Positions 38,803-49,291 of a stretch of 51,290 nucleotides of DNA are shown piece by piece. The DNA is from Thermoproteota archaeon (GTDB lineage: Archaea > Korarchaeota > Korarchaeia > Korarchaeales > Korarchaeaceae), in contig WALU01000009.1 of NCBI GenBank assembly GCA_015522685.1, forward strand, positions 1 to 51,290, given 5' to 3'. Position 1 is the stretch's first letter; each line of letters begins with the position of its first letter. The translations under genes were made by a program, and so were the position numbers. The notes under the pieces are model-generated. The model was not told the origin of the DNA, ran no database searches, and saw nothing but the letters and a program-made list of their open reading frames with translations.

Positions 38803-39891
38803 TTAAAGAAAGCTCATCCGCCCTCTACTTTCCCTACACCTGCCAACTATAGGTATTGATTGTCCGCACTTTGGACATTTATTATTCTCAGTAATATTGC
38901 ACTTCTCAACCGTAAACCCGTACCTCTTTATCAAGAGAGTTCCACAATTAGGGCAGTATGTATTCTCGTTTGGGTCTCCTGGCAAATTTCCTGAATATAC
39001 GTATTTGACTCCCTCCTCTCTTGCTATTCCCGTGGCCCTTTCTATGGTTTTTATAGGAGTGGGGGGTAGGTGCTTCATCCTGAAGTGAGGATAGAATCGA
39101 GAGAAGTGAACAGGAGTCTCATCTCCAACTTCGTTCACAACCCACCTAGCGAAGGCTTTTATTTCATCAGGATTGTCATTAAGCGTAGGAATTATTAGAT
39201 AGGTGACTTCTACATGTTTTCCAGCCCTTTTAAGAGCTATAACTGTATCTAACACAGGTTTAAGGAACGGGGTTTTCGTAACTTTCCTATAAAACTCGTC
39301 CGTAAATGCCTTTACATCGACATTGGCTGCATCTATCAACGGAATAAGCCTCCTTCTAGCTTCTTCACTCCAGTAACCATTAGTAACACTTAGAGTTGCA
39401 AGTCCGTGCTTCTTAGCGAGCTTAGCTGTTTTCACAACCCATTCCATACTTACTATAGTAGGTTCATTATAGGTAAAGGCTATACTCGAGGCTCCAAGCT
39501 CTATAGCCTCCTTGACAGCTACATCAGGCTGGAGATCTCTTAAATAGGAGAAGGTCTCTGGGTCTGATTGACTTATTATCCAGTTCTGACAATGGTCACA
39601 GAATAAGTTGCAGCCAACTGTTCCTATGCTGTAAGCATAAGTGCCAGGCATGAAATGGAAGAATGGCTTCTTCTCTATTGGATCCATGGCAACGCTACTT
39701 ACTTTCCCGTAATTTACCTCGCACAAAACTCCATCAACATTTAATCTAGTTTTACAGACTCCATACATTCCAGGAGGAATTATGCACTTCCTAGGGCATG
39801 CTAGACATCGAACTCTTCCATCTCCCAAAGGTTCTTGGAGCTCGGCAACAACATGATATGGATTATCATCTGGGCACTTCTTGACCATCAC
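38803..39891 (-). CDS. amrS: AmmeMemoRadiSam-system radical SAM enzyme
   Basis: CLACPRKC, DPIEKKP, GCNLFCDHCQN, FTYNEP, HFSRFYP and TYCPNCG motifs. Confidence 0.92.
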   Translation of the reverse strand: MMVKKCPDDNPYHVVAELQEPLGDGRVRCLACPRKCIIPPGMYGVCKTRLNVDGVLCEVNYGKVSSVAMDPIEKKPFFHFMPGTYAYSIGTVGCNLFCDHCQNWIISQSDPETFSYLRDLQPDVAVKEAIELGASSIAFTYNEPTIVSMEWVVKTAKLAKKHGLATLSVTNGYWSEEARRRLIPLIDAANVDVKAFTDEFYRKVTKTPFLKPVLDTVIALKRAGKHVEVTYLIIPTLNDNPDEIKAFARWVVNEVGDETPVHFSRFYPHFRMKHLPPTPIKTIERATGIAREEGVKYVYSGNLPGDPNENTYCPNCGTLLIKRYGFTVEKCNITENNKCPKCGQSIPIVGRCRESRGRMSFL

Positions 39892-39974
39892 TATTTAAGC
39901 AAGTGAAGAGATTAAATGCTTTCCTTCCCTTAAGTTTATTTCTAACCTAAAGCCGTTGCTTAGGAGGGATAGCT

Positions 39975-41096
39975 ATGCCTATTGGAAGAATAGAAGTCTA
40001 CACTGTAGAGCTTCCGTATATGCAGCCCTTTACCATTTCCTTAGGAACGTCCACGAGAAGCGTAGATGTCGTTGTTAAAATGATAGATGATGAGAGTAGA
40101 GTTGGATGGGGAGAGGCCTCCCCGGCAAAAAGGATTATTGGCGAGAGTGAGGAGACGATAGTAGCAGCTATGCATACCCTTGCACCTACGATAATAGGCG
40201 AGGATCCTATAAATATTGAGAGAATAGAGGAGAAAATGGATAGAGCCATATTAGGAAATACATCAGCTAAACTATGCTTAGAGATAGCTGCTCTTGATTT
40301 AAAAGGGAAGATCCTTGGAGTTAGGATGAGAGATCTCCTAGGCGGATATAGAGATAAAGTTGAGACCGATTTTACGATAGGGATAAAGAGCCCAGAGGAT
40401 ATGGCCAAAGAAGCATTATCTATCGTAGAGAGGGGCTTCAAGATAATAAAGCTTAAGGTTGGTACAAATGTGGAAGAGGACATTGCTAGAGTCAAAGCTG
40501 TGAGGGATGCCGTTGGTAAGGATATAAGGCTCAGGATAGATGCTAATCAGGGATGGACTGTAAAGCAAGCAATAAAGGCATTGATAGAAATGGATCGTTA
40601 TGACCTAGAACTGGCTGAGCAGCCTGTTAAATGGAATGATCTCGATGGAATGGCTGTTCTAACTAGCACGAGCCCTATACCAATAATGGCCGATGAGACA
40701 GTTCACACACCAGAGGATGCCCTTAGAGTTGTAGAAATAGGAGCAGCAGATTATATAAACATAAAACTCACAAAGGCTGGAGGGCTATTCAAGGCTAGAA
40801 GGATAGCTGCCATAAGTGAGACAGCAGGCATACCAAACATGATAGGATGTATGATGGAGGGGGGAGTTAGCATTACAACAGCTGTCCACTTCGCAGCTGC
40901 AACCAGAAACGTGGTAACTACGGATCTAGATTCCGACCTCTCGCTCAAGGAAGACTTTGTTGAAGGAGGATCTGGTTGTAGCAATGGATATAGAACGCTG
41001 CCAGAAGGCTCAGGACTCGGAAACCTCAAGATAAAAGAGGAAAAGCTAAGGTCAAGAGCTGTATTCGAGGAGGGTGGTACCTCTCAAACCTTCTGA
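39975..41096 (+). CDS. Dipeptide epimerase (L-Ala-D/L-Glu epimerase family, enolase superfamily)
   Basis: GWGEA, KLKVG, DANQGW, EQP, ADE, NIKLTK, GCMME and the C-terminal DLD motif. Confidence 0.88.
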   Translation: MPIGRIEVYTVELPYMQPFTISLGTSTRSVDVVVKMIDDESRVGWGEASPAKRIIGESEETIVAAMHTLAPTIIGEDPINIERIEEKMDRAILGNTSAKLCLEIAALDLKGKILGVRMRDLLGGYRDKVETDFTIGIKSPEDMAKEALSIVERGFKIIKLKVGTNVEEDIARVKAVRDAVGKDIRLRIDANQGWTVKQAIKALIEMDRYDLELAEQPVKWNDLDGMAVLTSTSPIPIMADETVHTPEDALRVVEIGAADYINIKLTKAGGLFKARRIAAISETAGIPNMIGCMMEGGVSITTAVHFAAATRNVVTTDLDSDLSLKEDFVEGGSGCSNGYRTLPEGSGLGNLKIKEEKLRSRAVFEEGGTSQTF

Positions 41097-41647
41097 TTCT
41101 TATATGAGTTCAATATCGCTCTCTTGAATGCCGATATAGCTTCAATTCCTTTTTTCTTTCCTGAATTTACTAAAATTTCGAAGTACCATGAATTTCCATA
41201 CCAGAGAGCCAATGTCTGGTTATCTCCTTTATAGGTCAGGTAGCCTCCTTCATTAGTCACAAGGTATTGGATCTTATCTTCAGGCACAGTTTCCTTTAAT
41301 GCCGTTAGCGCCCTTGCTCCAAATTGTATAGCTGATTGTTGATCAGGAAGCTTGGCTATTACGAAGGCTAGAGGTGTTTCATTTTTATAGCTTCCTAGGT
41401 AATAATAAGCTTCACTTCCCCAAGGAAAGTCAAACCCTTGACCCAAGCTTGTTACTGGCTGTCCTCCAAAGAAAGTGAAATCTGAGATATTTAGGCTGAA
41501 TGTAACGTTCTTAGTAGAGCATTCTATGGGAGGAAGGGGCCATTTATCACTTCCTATGGGAGAAGGAGGGGAGCTGAAGGCTAAGACCCCTAACATCATT
41601 ATTGCAGCTAATATTACTGAAGCAATAATCTTAATGTTAAGCTTCAA
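41084..41647 (-). CDS. Hypothetical secreted or membrane-anchored protein
   Basis: Signal peptide, Pro-rich linker and alpha/beta C-terminal domain. Confidence 0.65.
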   Translation of the reverse strand: MKLNIKIIASVILAAIMMLGVLAFSSPPSPIGSDKWPLPPIECSTKNVTFSLNISDFTFFGGQPVTSLGQGFDFPWGSEAYYYLGSYKNETPLAFVIAKLPDQQSAIQFGARALTALKETVPEDKIQYLVTNEGGYLTYKGDNQTLALWYGNSWYFEILVNSGKKKGIEAISAFKRAILNSYKNQKV

Positions 41648-41699
41648 GCCACCACCATGGTGGAAGCATTTTCCAAGTATTTAATTTAAGGGTGTTCGA

Positions 41700-42854
41700 T
41701 TGAAGGTGTCAGGAGTAGACTTAGGAGCTATAGCTGAAGAGTTTGGCACACCTACTTATATTATTGATTTTAAGAGAGTTAGAAAGAATTACATGAGGCT
41801 AGACAAGGCATTGAACTGTCCTCATGTTATAGCATATGCTTACAAGGCCAACTATGAACCTCAGCTCGTGAGAATGTTGGCGCTCATGGGATCAGGAGCT
41901 ACAGTCCCATCTGCCTATGGAGTAATGCTTGCAATGTGGGCAGGGGTTCCACCCGAGAAGGTTGTTCTTGTTGGTCCCAGTCCTTCTAGGCAAGATCTGG
42001 AGGAGGCTGTAATGTATAAAGCTTTGATTTCCGTAGAGAGCGAGTCAGAAGTGGAGGCTCTTGGAAGGATAGGCAAGGCTAGAGTAATGATCAGGGTGAA
42101 CACGGGTGTCGGTGCGGGTGCCCATCCCAGTCTAATTACTGGAGGGCAGAAAACCAAGTTTGGCTTACCTCCTTCTAGAGCTCTAAGCTTAGCTAGATTC
42201 CTTGGTTCTACTATGGAAGTTGAGGGCTTTCACACACATATCGGAAGCCAGATATTATCTGCGGAGCCTTTCAAGAAAGCAGTCGAGCTTCTCACGAAAC
42301 TAGCCAGAGATCTAGGCAAAGTGAACGTGATTGATATGGGAGGAGGACTGGGAATTCCCTACCTCAATGAAAAGAAGTTCCCTCTTGAGGAATATTCACA
42401 GGTAGTATGCAGGGCTTCTGAGAATATTGGAGCCCTCCTCGTCATTGAATCAGGGAGGTATATAGTTGGGGATGCTGGCTATCTGTTAACTAGGGTGAAT
42501 TATGTAAAGGAAGTTGGTAAGGAGAAATGGTTACTAATTGATGCAGGCATGAACGACTTCCTCAGGCCAGCTCTCTATAATGCCAAACATAGAATTACGG
42601 TTGATAAGGAGAAACCCAAGGAAAAGTATTTAGTAGCTGGGCCTATATGCGAATCAGCCGACTTATTTGGAGAATATGACCTACCTAAGCTTGGGGAAGG
42701 TGATCTCGTAGTGATAAGAGATGTCGGTGCTTATGGCTTCTCCATGGCAAGCAGGTATAACCTAAGACCATTGCCAGCGGTCGTAGCGGTTGACAATGGG
42801 AAGTACAACTTACTGAGAGAAAGAGAAAACTTCGGTCGGGCAATCTTTGGCTAA
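41700..42854 (+). CDS. lysA: Diaminopimelate decarboxylase (fold-type III PLP)
   Basis: YAYKAN, RVN, KFG, HTHIGSQ, DMGGG, ESGR, DAGMND, RPALY, CESAD and GAYG..M..YN motifs. Confidence 0.85.
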   Translation: MKVSGVDLGAIAEEFGTPTYIIDFKRVRKNYMRLDKALNCPHVIAYAYKANYEPQLVRMLALMGSGATVPSAYGVMLAMWAGVPPEKVVLVGPSPSRQDLEEAVMYKALISVESESEVEALGRIGKARVMIRVNTGVGAGAHPSLITGGQKTKFGLPPSRALSLARFLGSTMEVEGFHTHIGSQILSAEPFKKAVELLTKLARDLGKVNVIDMGGGLGIPYLNEKKFPLEEYSQVVCRASENIGALLVIESGRYIVGDAGYLLTRVNYVKEVGKEKWLLIDAGMNDFLRPALYNAKHRITVDKEKPKEKYLVAGPICESADLFGEYDLPKLGEGDLVVIRDVGAYGFSMASRYNLRPLPAVVAVDNGKYNLLRERENFGRAIFG

Positions 42855-43274
42855 TCATATAAATCTTATCCTATCTAAGAAGACTAGCTCACAAGTATTA
42901 GAAATACTTTTTCCAGTCTATCCCAAGCTATTCCATCTCAGGAGAAGGGATATATTACTCAAAATGAATCTTGTGCCCATTAGGGTGAATACTACGAATC
43001 TCCGGATTTTCTCATTATTGGGTATTACTTCCTTTACTTGAACATCATTTTTCTTTTCCCTATGAAGAGCTTTTATATGATATGATATGAGAGATATCTA
43101 AGAGGCATGTCCATGCCTAAGAATATGAACATCACAAAAAACAATCTGAAGGAATCCTCCTTACTCTTCATTTAACCACTCTATAATAGGTTTAAATGAG
43201 AGAATAAAAGATAAGATTCTCGTGAGGAAAGCTAATAAGCTAGATAAAGTTATTCCCGAAGGAGGATTCAAAGG

Positions 43275-43919
43275 ATGCCTTCCTTGCTAGACATGGAGAT
43301 AAGATCGATATTTGCTGAGGTAGTTAAATCTAGTGAACTATCTTTATCTCTTACAAAAAAGTGCGTTTCAGCCTTTTTGGGAAAGGAAGATCCGCAGTCA
43401 GTACTGAGAGAGGTTGACAGAGAGGCTCAAGTCTTATCTTTCACTCATAGAAAGTTAAGGACCAAGATAAGTGAAGTTTTGGCAAGGTTTCAGCCTATGG
43501 CTTCGGATCTCAGAACCTTAATTTCCTTGATGGAAATAAGTTATGGATTAGTGAGGCTAGGGAGATATGCTAGGAATATAGCTCAGACTTTGGTCCTCTT
43601 TGAAAAGGTAGGGAACTGCGATATAAATATCGTAGTGGAGCCGGCCAGAGTAACTGAGGAGATGGTAAAGAAGGCTATGAGGTCCGTTAAAGTGAAGGAC
43701 GTAGAACTAGCTAAAGAGGTTATAAAGATAGATGATGAGGTGGATGGAGCTTATGAGTCCTATCTTAAGGAGAGAGTACTAACAGGAAAGGAGAAAATCC
43801 CAGCATGCGCCGTTTCAATAACTCTTATTCTGAGATATTTGGAGAGGATGGCTGATCATGCCGTTCAGATAGCAGAGGAGGCAATGTACATAGCAGGTAA
43901 TCCTCGTCCTCAATCTTAG
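43275..43919 (+). CDS. phoU: PhoU-family protein
   Basis: RFQPMASDLR, DDEVD and LERMADHAVQIAE motifs. Confidence 0.88.
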   Translation: MPSLLDMEIRSIFAEVVKSSELSLSLTKKCVSAFLGKEDPQSVLREVDREAQVLSFTHRKLRTKISEVLARFQPMASDLRTLISLMEISYGLVRLGRYARNIAQTLVLFEKVGNCDINIVVEPARVTEEMVKKAMRSVKVKDVELAKEVIKIDDEVDGAYESYLKERVLTGKEKIPACAVSITLILRYLERMADHAVQIAEEAMYIAGNPRPQS

Positions 43920-43997
43920 CTTTGATTCAGATTGGGAGATTTTACTATACTTATCTGATAATAGAAGAGGTTTAATTAATGAGTCCCTTGATTCGTT

Positions 43998-45278
43998 ATG
44001 CCTAATCAATTTTGGACAGATATATTCAAATGTGATCCTTCTTTTCCAATAATAGTAAATAAGGGATTCAAAGCAGAGGTATGGTCTGTTGATGGACGGA
44101 GGTTTCTAGATTTCAGTGGTGCAGCAACCTCCCTTGGGCAGGCTCATCCTAAGGTAGTGGAGAGTATTAAGAGAGGAGTAGAGAGAATAACTGGATTCTC
44201 TGGTCTATTAGCTCCTACTGAACCTTTTCTTAAGCTGGGAGGGGAGCTAAGCAGGCTAGTTCCAATTAGTGAAGCATCCATAGCTTATGCTACCACTGGA
44301 AGCGAAGCAAGCGACTTCGCCATCCAGTTAGCTAGATATTCCACTAAGAGATCTGTTATTTTATCCTTTTATGGAGCTTATCACGGGCTCACTGGATATG
44401 CGCTCATGTCATCACCAACTGAGGGTATGAGGAGAGTTCCTCCTAGAATTTCTGAGACAGTCTTTTCACCTTACCCTAATTGCTTCAGATGCCCAATACC
44501 TGCTTCTGATTGCGAAGATTGCGTACAGGCGGTTCTTTCGTTTATAGAAGAGGAGATACTGGGAAGAGCTGTAGAAGAGGAAGATCTCGCTGGAATTATA
44601 GTTGAACCCCTTCAGTCACATGGCGGTATCTTATTCCCACCTAAGAGCTTCTTTGGGGGGTTAGAGAAGATTGCTAGGGAGGTTGGTGCGCTCTTACTGG
44701 TAGATGAGGTTTATACAGGATTTGGAAGGACGGGTAGATGGTTTGGAATAAAGCATCACAATACTACACCGGATATACTAATTATGGGAAAAGGGATAGC
44801 GGGAGGGATGCCTCTCTCTGCTGTAGCTTTCAGGAAGGATTTGGTGGACAAATGGTATCTCTGCAGCGGAGGAAGTCTAGGGACATATGCCGGCCATTTT
44901 CTCTCCGTTTTGGCTTCCCTTTCAACAATAGAAGCAATAAGAGAGGAAAATTTACTAGAAAATGCGAGAAAAAGAGGCGAAGAACTGAAGAAGGGACTAA
45001 ATGAACTGAAGGAAAAGTATGAATTTATCGTAGATGCTAGAGGAGTGGGGTGTGTCCAGGGGATTGAAATCTATGAGAAAGGTAAACCATCAGGAAAAAT
45101 AGCTGGTCAAATAAGAGAGAGCCTCTTCAGGAGAGGCTTACTTGCGATAGCTGTAGGAAGACACCATAATGTGATAAAGCTTACTCCTCCGATCACGATT
45201 ACGGAAGAGCAAGTGCAGGAATCAATAGATATTATAGGCAGATCAATAAAAGAAGTTAGCCAAGGAGCTGCACAATGA
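43998..45278 (+). CDS. Class-III PLP aminotransferase (GABA/ornithine aminotransferase or amino-acid racemase subgroup)
   Basis: DGRRFLDF, TGSEA, AYHG, VEPLQ..GG, DEVYTGFGRTG, GKGIAGG, GTY and LTPP motifs. Confidence 0.92.
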   Translation: MPNQFWTDIFKCDPSFPIIVNKGFKAEVWSVDGRRFLDFSGAATSLGQAHPKVVESIKRGVERITGFSGLLAPTEPFLKLGGELSRLVPISEASIAYATTGSEASDFAIQLARYSTKRSVILSFYGAYHGLTGYALMSSPTEGMRRVPPRISETVFSPYPNCFRCPIPASDCEDCVQAVLSFIEEEILGRAVEEEDLAGIIVEPLQSHGGILFPPKSFFGGLEKIAREVGALLLVDEVYTGFGRTGRWFGIKHHNTTPDILIMGKGIAGGMPLSAVAFRKDLVDKWYLCSGGSLGTYAGHFLSVLASLSTIEAIREENLLENARKRGEELKKGLNELKEKYEFIVDARGVGCVQGIEIYEKGKPSGKIAGQIRESLFRRGLLAIAVGRHHNVIKLTPPITITEEQVQESIDIIGRSIKEVSQGAAQ

Positions 45279-45414
45279 GATAGGACAGTAGGATTACAAG
45301 AATAGCTATAATGAAAAGAGGAAGTAGATTTGTAGTAAGTAGGGCTATTATGAAAGCTAGATAATCTTTCCAACACATTTTCTTCTTATTGTCTTCTCCC
45401 TCTGCTTCTGTCAT
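45256..45414 (-). CDS. Small membrane protein (52 aa) ending the Opp/Dpp operon
   Basis: [26 protein letters not shown]...; the ATG overlaps the oppF stop (TAATG). Confidence 0.6.
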   Translation of the reverse strand: MTEAEGEDNKKKMCWKDYLAFIIALLTTNLLPLFIIAILVILLSYLIVQLLG

Positions 45415-46394
45415 TACCATCTCCCTGCTATCTCTTCCCAAAAGTGACAAGCTACGAAATGACCTGGCTTTACCTCAACAAGAGGAGGCTCTTCCTTTTT
45501 ACATATATCTTTGGCATATGGGCACCTAGTGTGAAAACGACAGCCAGTGGGAGGATTAAGAGGACTTGGTATTTCACCCTTAAGCGCTATCTTTTCTCCC
45601 TTCTTAGCTAGCTTTGGATCTGGTACTGGAATAGCAGACATTAATGCATGTGTGTAGGGATGGAGGAGATTCTTAAATAGCTCATCTGAGTCAGCAACCT
45701 CTACTAGCTTACCTAGGTACATGACACCTATACGGTGACTCATATATTGAACCACAGCCAAATTATGGCTTATTAGGAGGAAAGTAAGCTGAAATCTCTC
45801 CTTAAGGTCATTCAATAAGTTTAGTATCTTGGCTTGTACACTGACATCCAAAGCTGATGTGGGTTCATCCAAAACTATGAATTTGGGCCTCGATATGAGG
45901 GCTCTAGCTATAACTATTCTCTGCCTCTGGCCTCCTGAGAACTCGTGAGGATATCTATCCATATGTTCAACATTTAGACCTACAAGTTTAAGCATCTCAG
46001 CAACTCTTTCCCTTATCTCGGATTCACTAGCTTTCTCATGTATTACTAGAGGCTCTCCAACTATATCTTTCACTCTCTTCCTAGGATGAAGTGCTCTATA
46101 TGGATCTTGAAATACTATTTGCATTTCTTTTCTTAAGGAAGTCAGTTCCTTGCCCTTCAGATGAGTTATGTCTTTACCATCGAATATTATATGGCCCGAT
46201 GTAGGCTCAATAAGCTTTAAAACAGTTCTTCCTAGTGTTGTCTTGCCGCTTCCAGATTCTCCTACAAGCCCAAATGTCTCTCCTTTCTCTATTGATATAG
46301 ATACTCCGTCTACAGCTTTAACATATCCTATCACTCTCATGGCTACGCCTCCTCTGACAGGGAAGTACTTCTTAAGGTCTTGAACCTCAAGCAT
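45414..46394 (-). CDS. oppF: Oligo/dipeptide ABC transporter ATP-binding subunit
   Basis: [25 protein letters not shown] and GCRFHTRC motifs; ATG 46394 is coupled to the upstream TAA. Confidence 0.93.
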   Translation of the reverse strand: MLEVQDLKKYFPVRGGVAMRVIGYVKAVDGVSISIEKGETFGLVGESGSGKTTLGRTVLKLIEPTSGHIIFDGKDITHLKGKELTSLRKEMQIVFQDPYRALHPRKRVKDIVGEPLVIHEKASESEIRERVAEMLKLVGLNVEHMDRYPHEFSGGQRQRIVIARALISRPKFIVLDEPTSALDVSVQAKILNLLNDLKERFQLTFLLISHNLAVVQYMSHRIGVMYLGKLVEVADSDELFKNLLHPYTHALMSAIPVPDPKLAKKGEKIALKGEIPSPLNPPTGCRFHTRCPYAKDICKKEEPPLVEVKPGHFVACHFWEEIAGRW

Positions 46395-47356
46395 TAGGAA
46401 GCGCCTCCAAAGAGAAAGCATGCTACTTGGTGACCACGTTCTACTTCTTTCAGCTTTGGTACTTCTTTATCGCAGGGATCAAACCTCTTTGAGCAGCGAG
46501 GGTGAAAACGACATCCAGGAGGAGGATTAATAAGTGGAGGTATTTCTCCTTCCATTGAGAAAAGTTCCCCTTTACGCCCCAGTTTTAGAATTGATTTGAG
46601 GAGCCCTTGCGTATATGGATGAAGAGAATTCTCAAATATTGTTTCGGTATCGGCAATTTCTACAATTCTGCCAGCATACATAACAGCTATTCTATCGGAT
46701 ATCTCTGCAGCGAGAGCCATATCGTGAGTTATGTAAACCACACTTGTTCCAAGTTCATCTATTAACTCTCTAAAGAGATCCATTATCTGAGCTTGTATAG
46801 TGACATCTAAAGCAGATGTGGGCTCATCAGCTATTAGAAGCTTAGGTCTAAGAGCCAAGGCCATGGATATTACTACCCTTTGAGCCATTCCTCCGCTTAG
46901 TTCATGAGGATAGCTTTTATAGATCCTATCTGGGTCTGGTAGTCCTACTTTCGCGAACATTTCAAGGACTCTTTTTCTGGCTTCTCCCTTGGATATCTCC
47001 TCATGAATTAGAAATGATTCAGCTACTTGATCTCCCACTTGTATTACTGGATTAAGAGCTGATTTAGGCTCTTGAAATATCATGGATATATCTCTACCTC
47101 TTATCTTCAGTAGATCCCTCATAGAAAGCTTCAATAGATCTCTACCTTCGAATATTATCTCCCCACTCTTAATCTCAGCATTCTGTCCTAATAATCTGAG
47201 GATGCTCAAACCGGTCACAGTTTTACCGCTCCCTGTTTCTCCTACCAAACCCAATACTTCTCCCTTACTTACATCTAGATTAACACCATCTAGAGCCTTT
47301 ACTATTCCTCTCAATGTATGAAAGTGCGTATAGAGGTCTTTTATCTCTAACAGCAT
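46394..47356 (-). CDS. oppD: Oligo/dipeptide ABC transporter ATP-binding subunit
   Basis: [25 protein letters not shown] and GCRFHPRC motifs. Confidence 0.93.
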   Translation of the reverse strand: MLLEIKDLYTHFHTLRGIVKALDGVNLDVSKGEVLGLVGETGSGKTVTGLSILRLLGQNAEIKSGEIIFEGRDLLKLSMRDLLKIRGRDISMIFQEPKSALNPVIQVGDQVAESFLIHEEISKGEARKRVLEMFAKVGLPDPDRIYKSYPHELSGGMAQRVVISMALALRPKLLIADEPTSALDVTIQAQIMDLFRELIDELGTSVVYITHDMALAAEISDRIAVMYAGRIVEIADTETIFENSLHPYTQGLLKSILKLGRKGELFSMEGEIPPLINPPPGCRFHPRCSKRFDPCDKEVPKLKEVERGHQVACFLFGGAS

Positions 47357-47361
47357 CTAGA

Positions 47362-48249
47362 TCATCTCCTAGCTCTTACATTTAGGATATCGTTAATTCC
47401 GTCCCCCATTAAATTGAAACCTAAAGTCGCTAAGAGAATGGCTAAGCCTGGAAATGTGGAAACCCACCACTGCTCCACTATAAATCTTCTACCTTCGCTG
47501 ACCATAACTCCCCATTCTGGAGTTGGAGGTTGTGCTCCTAGGCCAAGAAAGCCAAGACCAGCTGCAGTGAGTATTACTCCACCCATATCTAGGGTCGCTT
47601 GCACTATTACAGGAGCCATAATCATAGGAAGTATGTGTAGGAAGAGTATTCTCTTATCACTAGCTCCTATTGCCCTAGCCGCTTCTATATATGTCTCTCC
47701 TCTTACCTGCAAGGTGCTGGCCCTAGCCAGTCTAGCATAGTAAACCCAAGAGACGAATGCTATGGCTATCATTGTATTGAACAAGCCAGGCCCTAGGGCT
47801 GCAGCAACAGCTAGCGCTAATACTAGCCTAGGAAATGCCATAAACATATCTGTTAACCTCATCAGAGTTTCATCTATTTTTCCACTGAAATATCCTGATA
47901 CTATCCCAATATTGGTTCCTACAACAAATGAAAAAGCAACGACTACCATGGATATGGATAAAGATATTCTAGAGCCCCAGATAACACGACTGAGTATATC
48001 CCTTCCCAGCTGATCGGTACCAAAGGGATGTTGCCAGCTTGGTGGTTGAAGCCTATGCTTCAAATCCTGTTTTAGAGGATTATATGGAGATATGACAGGA
48101 GCAAGAATTGCCACTGAGAGGAGAAATATTACTAATACTATTCCCAAGACAGTAAGTGGACTCTTCCTAATTAAGATCAGATTTATCCTGAAATCCTCCG
48201 ATTTAAAATATTCTAAGGTTCCCTTTAACATAAGCACCACCTTATGCAT
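47362..48249 (-). CDS. oppC: Oligo/dipeptide ABC transporter permease
   Basis: HPFGTDQLGRD, YIEAARAIGAS and PTPEWG motifs. Confidence 0.93.
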   Translation of the reverse strand: MHKVVLMLKGTLEYFKSEDFRINLILIRKSPLTVLGIVLVIFLLSVAILAPVISPYNPLKQDLKHRLQPPSWQHPFGTDQLGRDILSRVIWGSRISLSISMVVVAFSFVVGTNIGIVSGYFSGKIDETLMRLTDMFMAFPRLVLALAVAAALGPGLFNTMIAIAFVSWVYYARLARASTLQVRGETYIEAARAIGASDKRILFLHILPMIMAPVIVQATLDMGGVILTAAGLGFLGLGAQPPTPEWGVMVSEGRRFIVEQWWVSTFPGLAILLATLGFNLMGDGINDILNVRARR

Positions 48250-49255
48250 ATCTTATCCTAGGATCTAGAAATGCGTAAAGTATATCTACGATAAGATTCG
48301 CTAAGGAGTATACTACTGCAATTAGCAATGTTGATCCTATAACTGCCATGAAGTCAACAGATAAGAAAGAACCAGTTGCATATCTCCCTAAGCCTGGCCA
48401 TGCGAATATAGTCTCAGTGAGTACAGCTCCCTCTAACAGGCTCCCATATGTCATTCCTATAACAGTAGTAGTTGGAATCAAGGCATTCCTAAGGGCATGT
48501 CTAAAGAGCACTATTCTCTCCGGTAGCCCCTTAGATCTGGCTGTCCTTATGAAGTCTTGAGCAAATGCTTCTAATAGAGCTGATCTGGTTATTCTAGCTA
48601 TAGAAGCTGATGCATAGTAACCTAGAACAAAGGAAGGGAGTATGAGATGCCAAACAGCATTTAGAAATGCTGTAATATTTCCTGTGAGAAGGCTATCTAT
48701 GGTAAGCAATCCTGTTATCCTAGGTGGTGGAGTGATCGATGGATCGAGCCTACCTGGACCAGGAAATATACCAAGCTGATAATAAAGTATAAATAGCATT
48801 ATTAAGCCGAGCCAGAAGACTGGCATACTTACACCTAGTAAGGCGAATATCCTAGATATATGATCTGGCCACTTATCCTTCTTTACTGCAGATATTATTC
48901 CTAGAGGAATTCCAATTGCTATAGCTACTATCATTGCTGCTGTCGCTAATTCTATTGTAGCTGGGAAGAATCTAATCAAATCCTGACTGACAGGTCTATT
49001 CGTCCTTATAGATTTACCTAGATTACCTTGAAGCAAATTTATCACATACTCAATAAATTGCTCATGCAGTGGTCTATCGAAGCCCCACTCCTTTCTAATT
49101 TTTTCTACAAGTTCAGGAGGAGCTTGTGGCCCGAGTATAGCTCCAATGGGATCAGCAGGTATTACATGCGATACAATAAATGTAATAACAATTATCCCAA
49201 ATAATACAAAGGTCATTAAAGCCAGACGCCTTAATACATAAGTCCTGAGATCCAA
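48242..49255 (-). CDS. oppB: Oligo/dipeptide ABC transporter permease
   Basis: PADP, SMPVFW, TARSKGL, ETIFAWPGLG and LDPRIR motifs. Confidence 0.93.
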   Translation of the reverse strand: MDLRTYVLRRLALMTFVLFGIIVITFIVSHVIPADPIGAILGPQAPPELVEKIRKEWGFDRPLHEQFIEYVINLLQGNLGKSIRTNRPVSQDLIRFFPATIELATAAMIVAIAIGIPLGIISAVKKDKWPDHISRIFALLGVSMPVFWLGLIMLFILYYQLGIFPGPGRLDPSITPPPRITGLLTIDSLLTGNITAFLNAVWHLILPSFVLGYYASASIARITRSALLEAFAQDFIRTARSKGLPERIVLFRHALRNALIPTTTVIGMTYGSLLEGAVLTETIFAWPGLGRYATGSFLSVDFMAVIGSTLLIAVVYSLANLIVDILYAFLDPRIRYA

Positions 49256-49291
49256 AAGCTACACCCCGAAAAAAGATAGAAGAAAGAAGAT

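Noticed and set aside
42847-43170. Short ORFs on both strands between lysA and phoU
   Set aside because: Fragmentary and without motifs; possibly a decayed membrane gene, not supportable.
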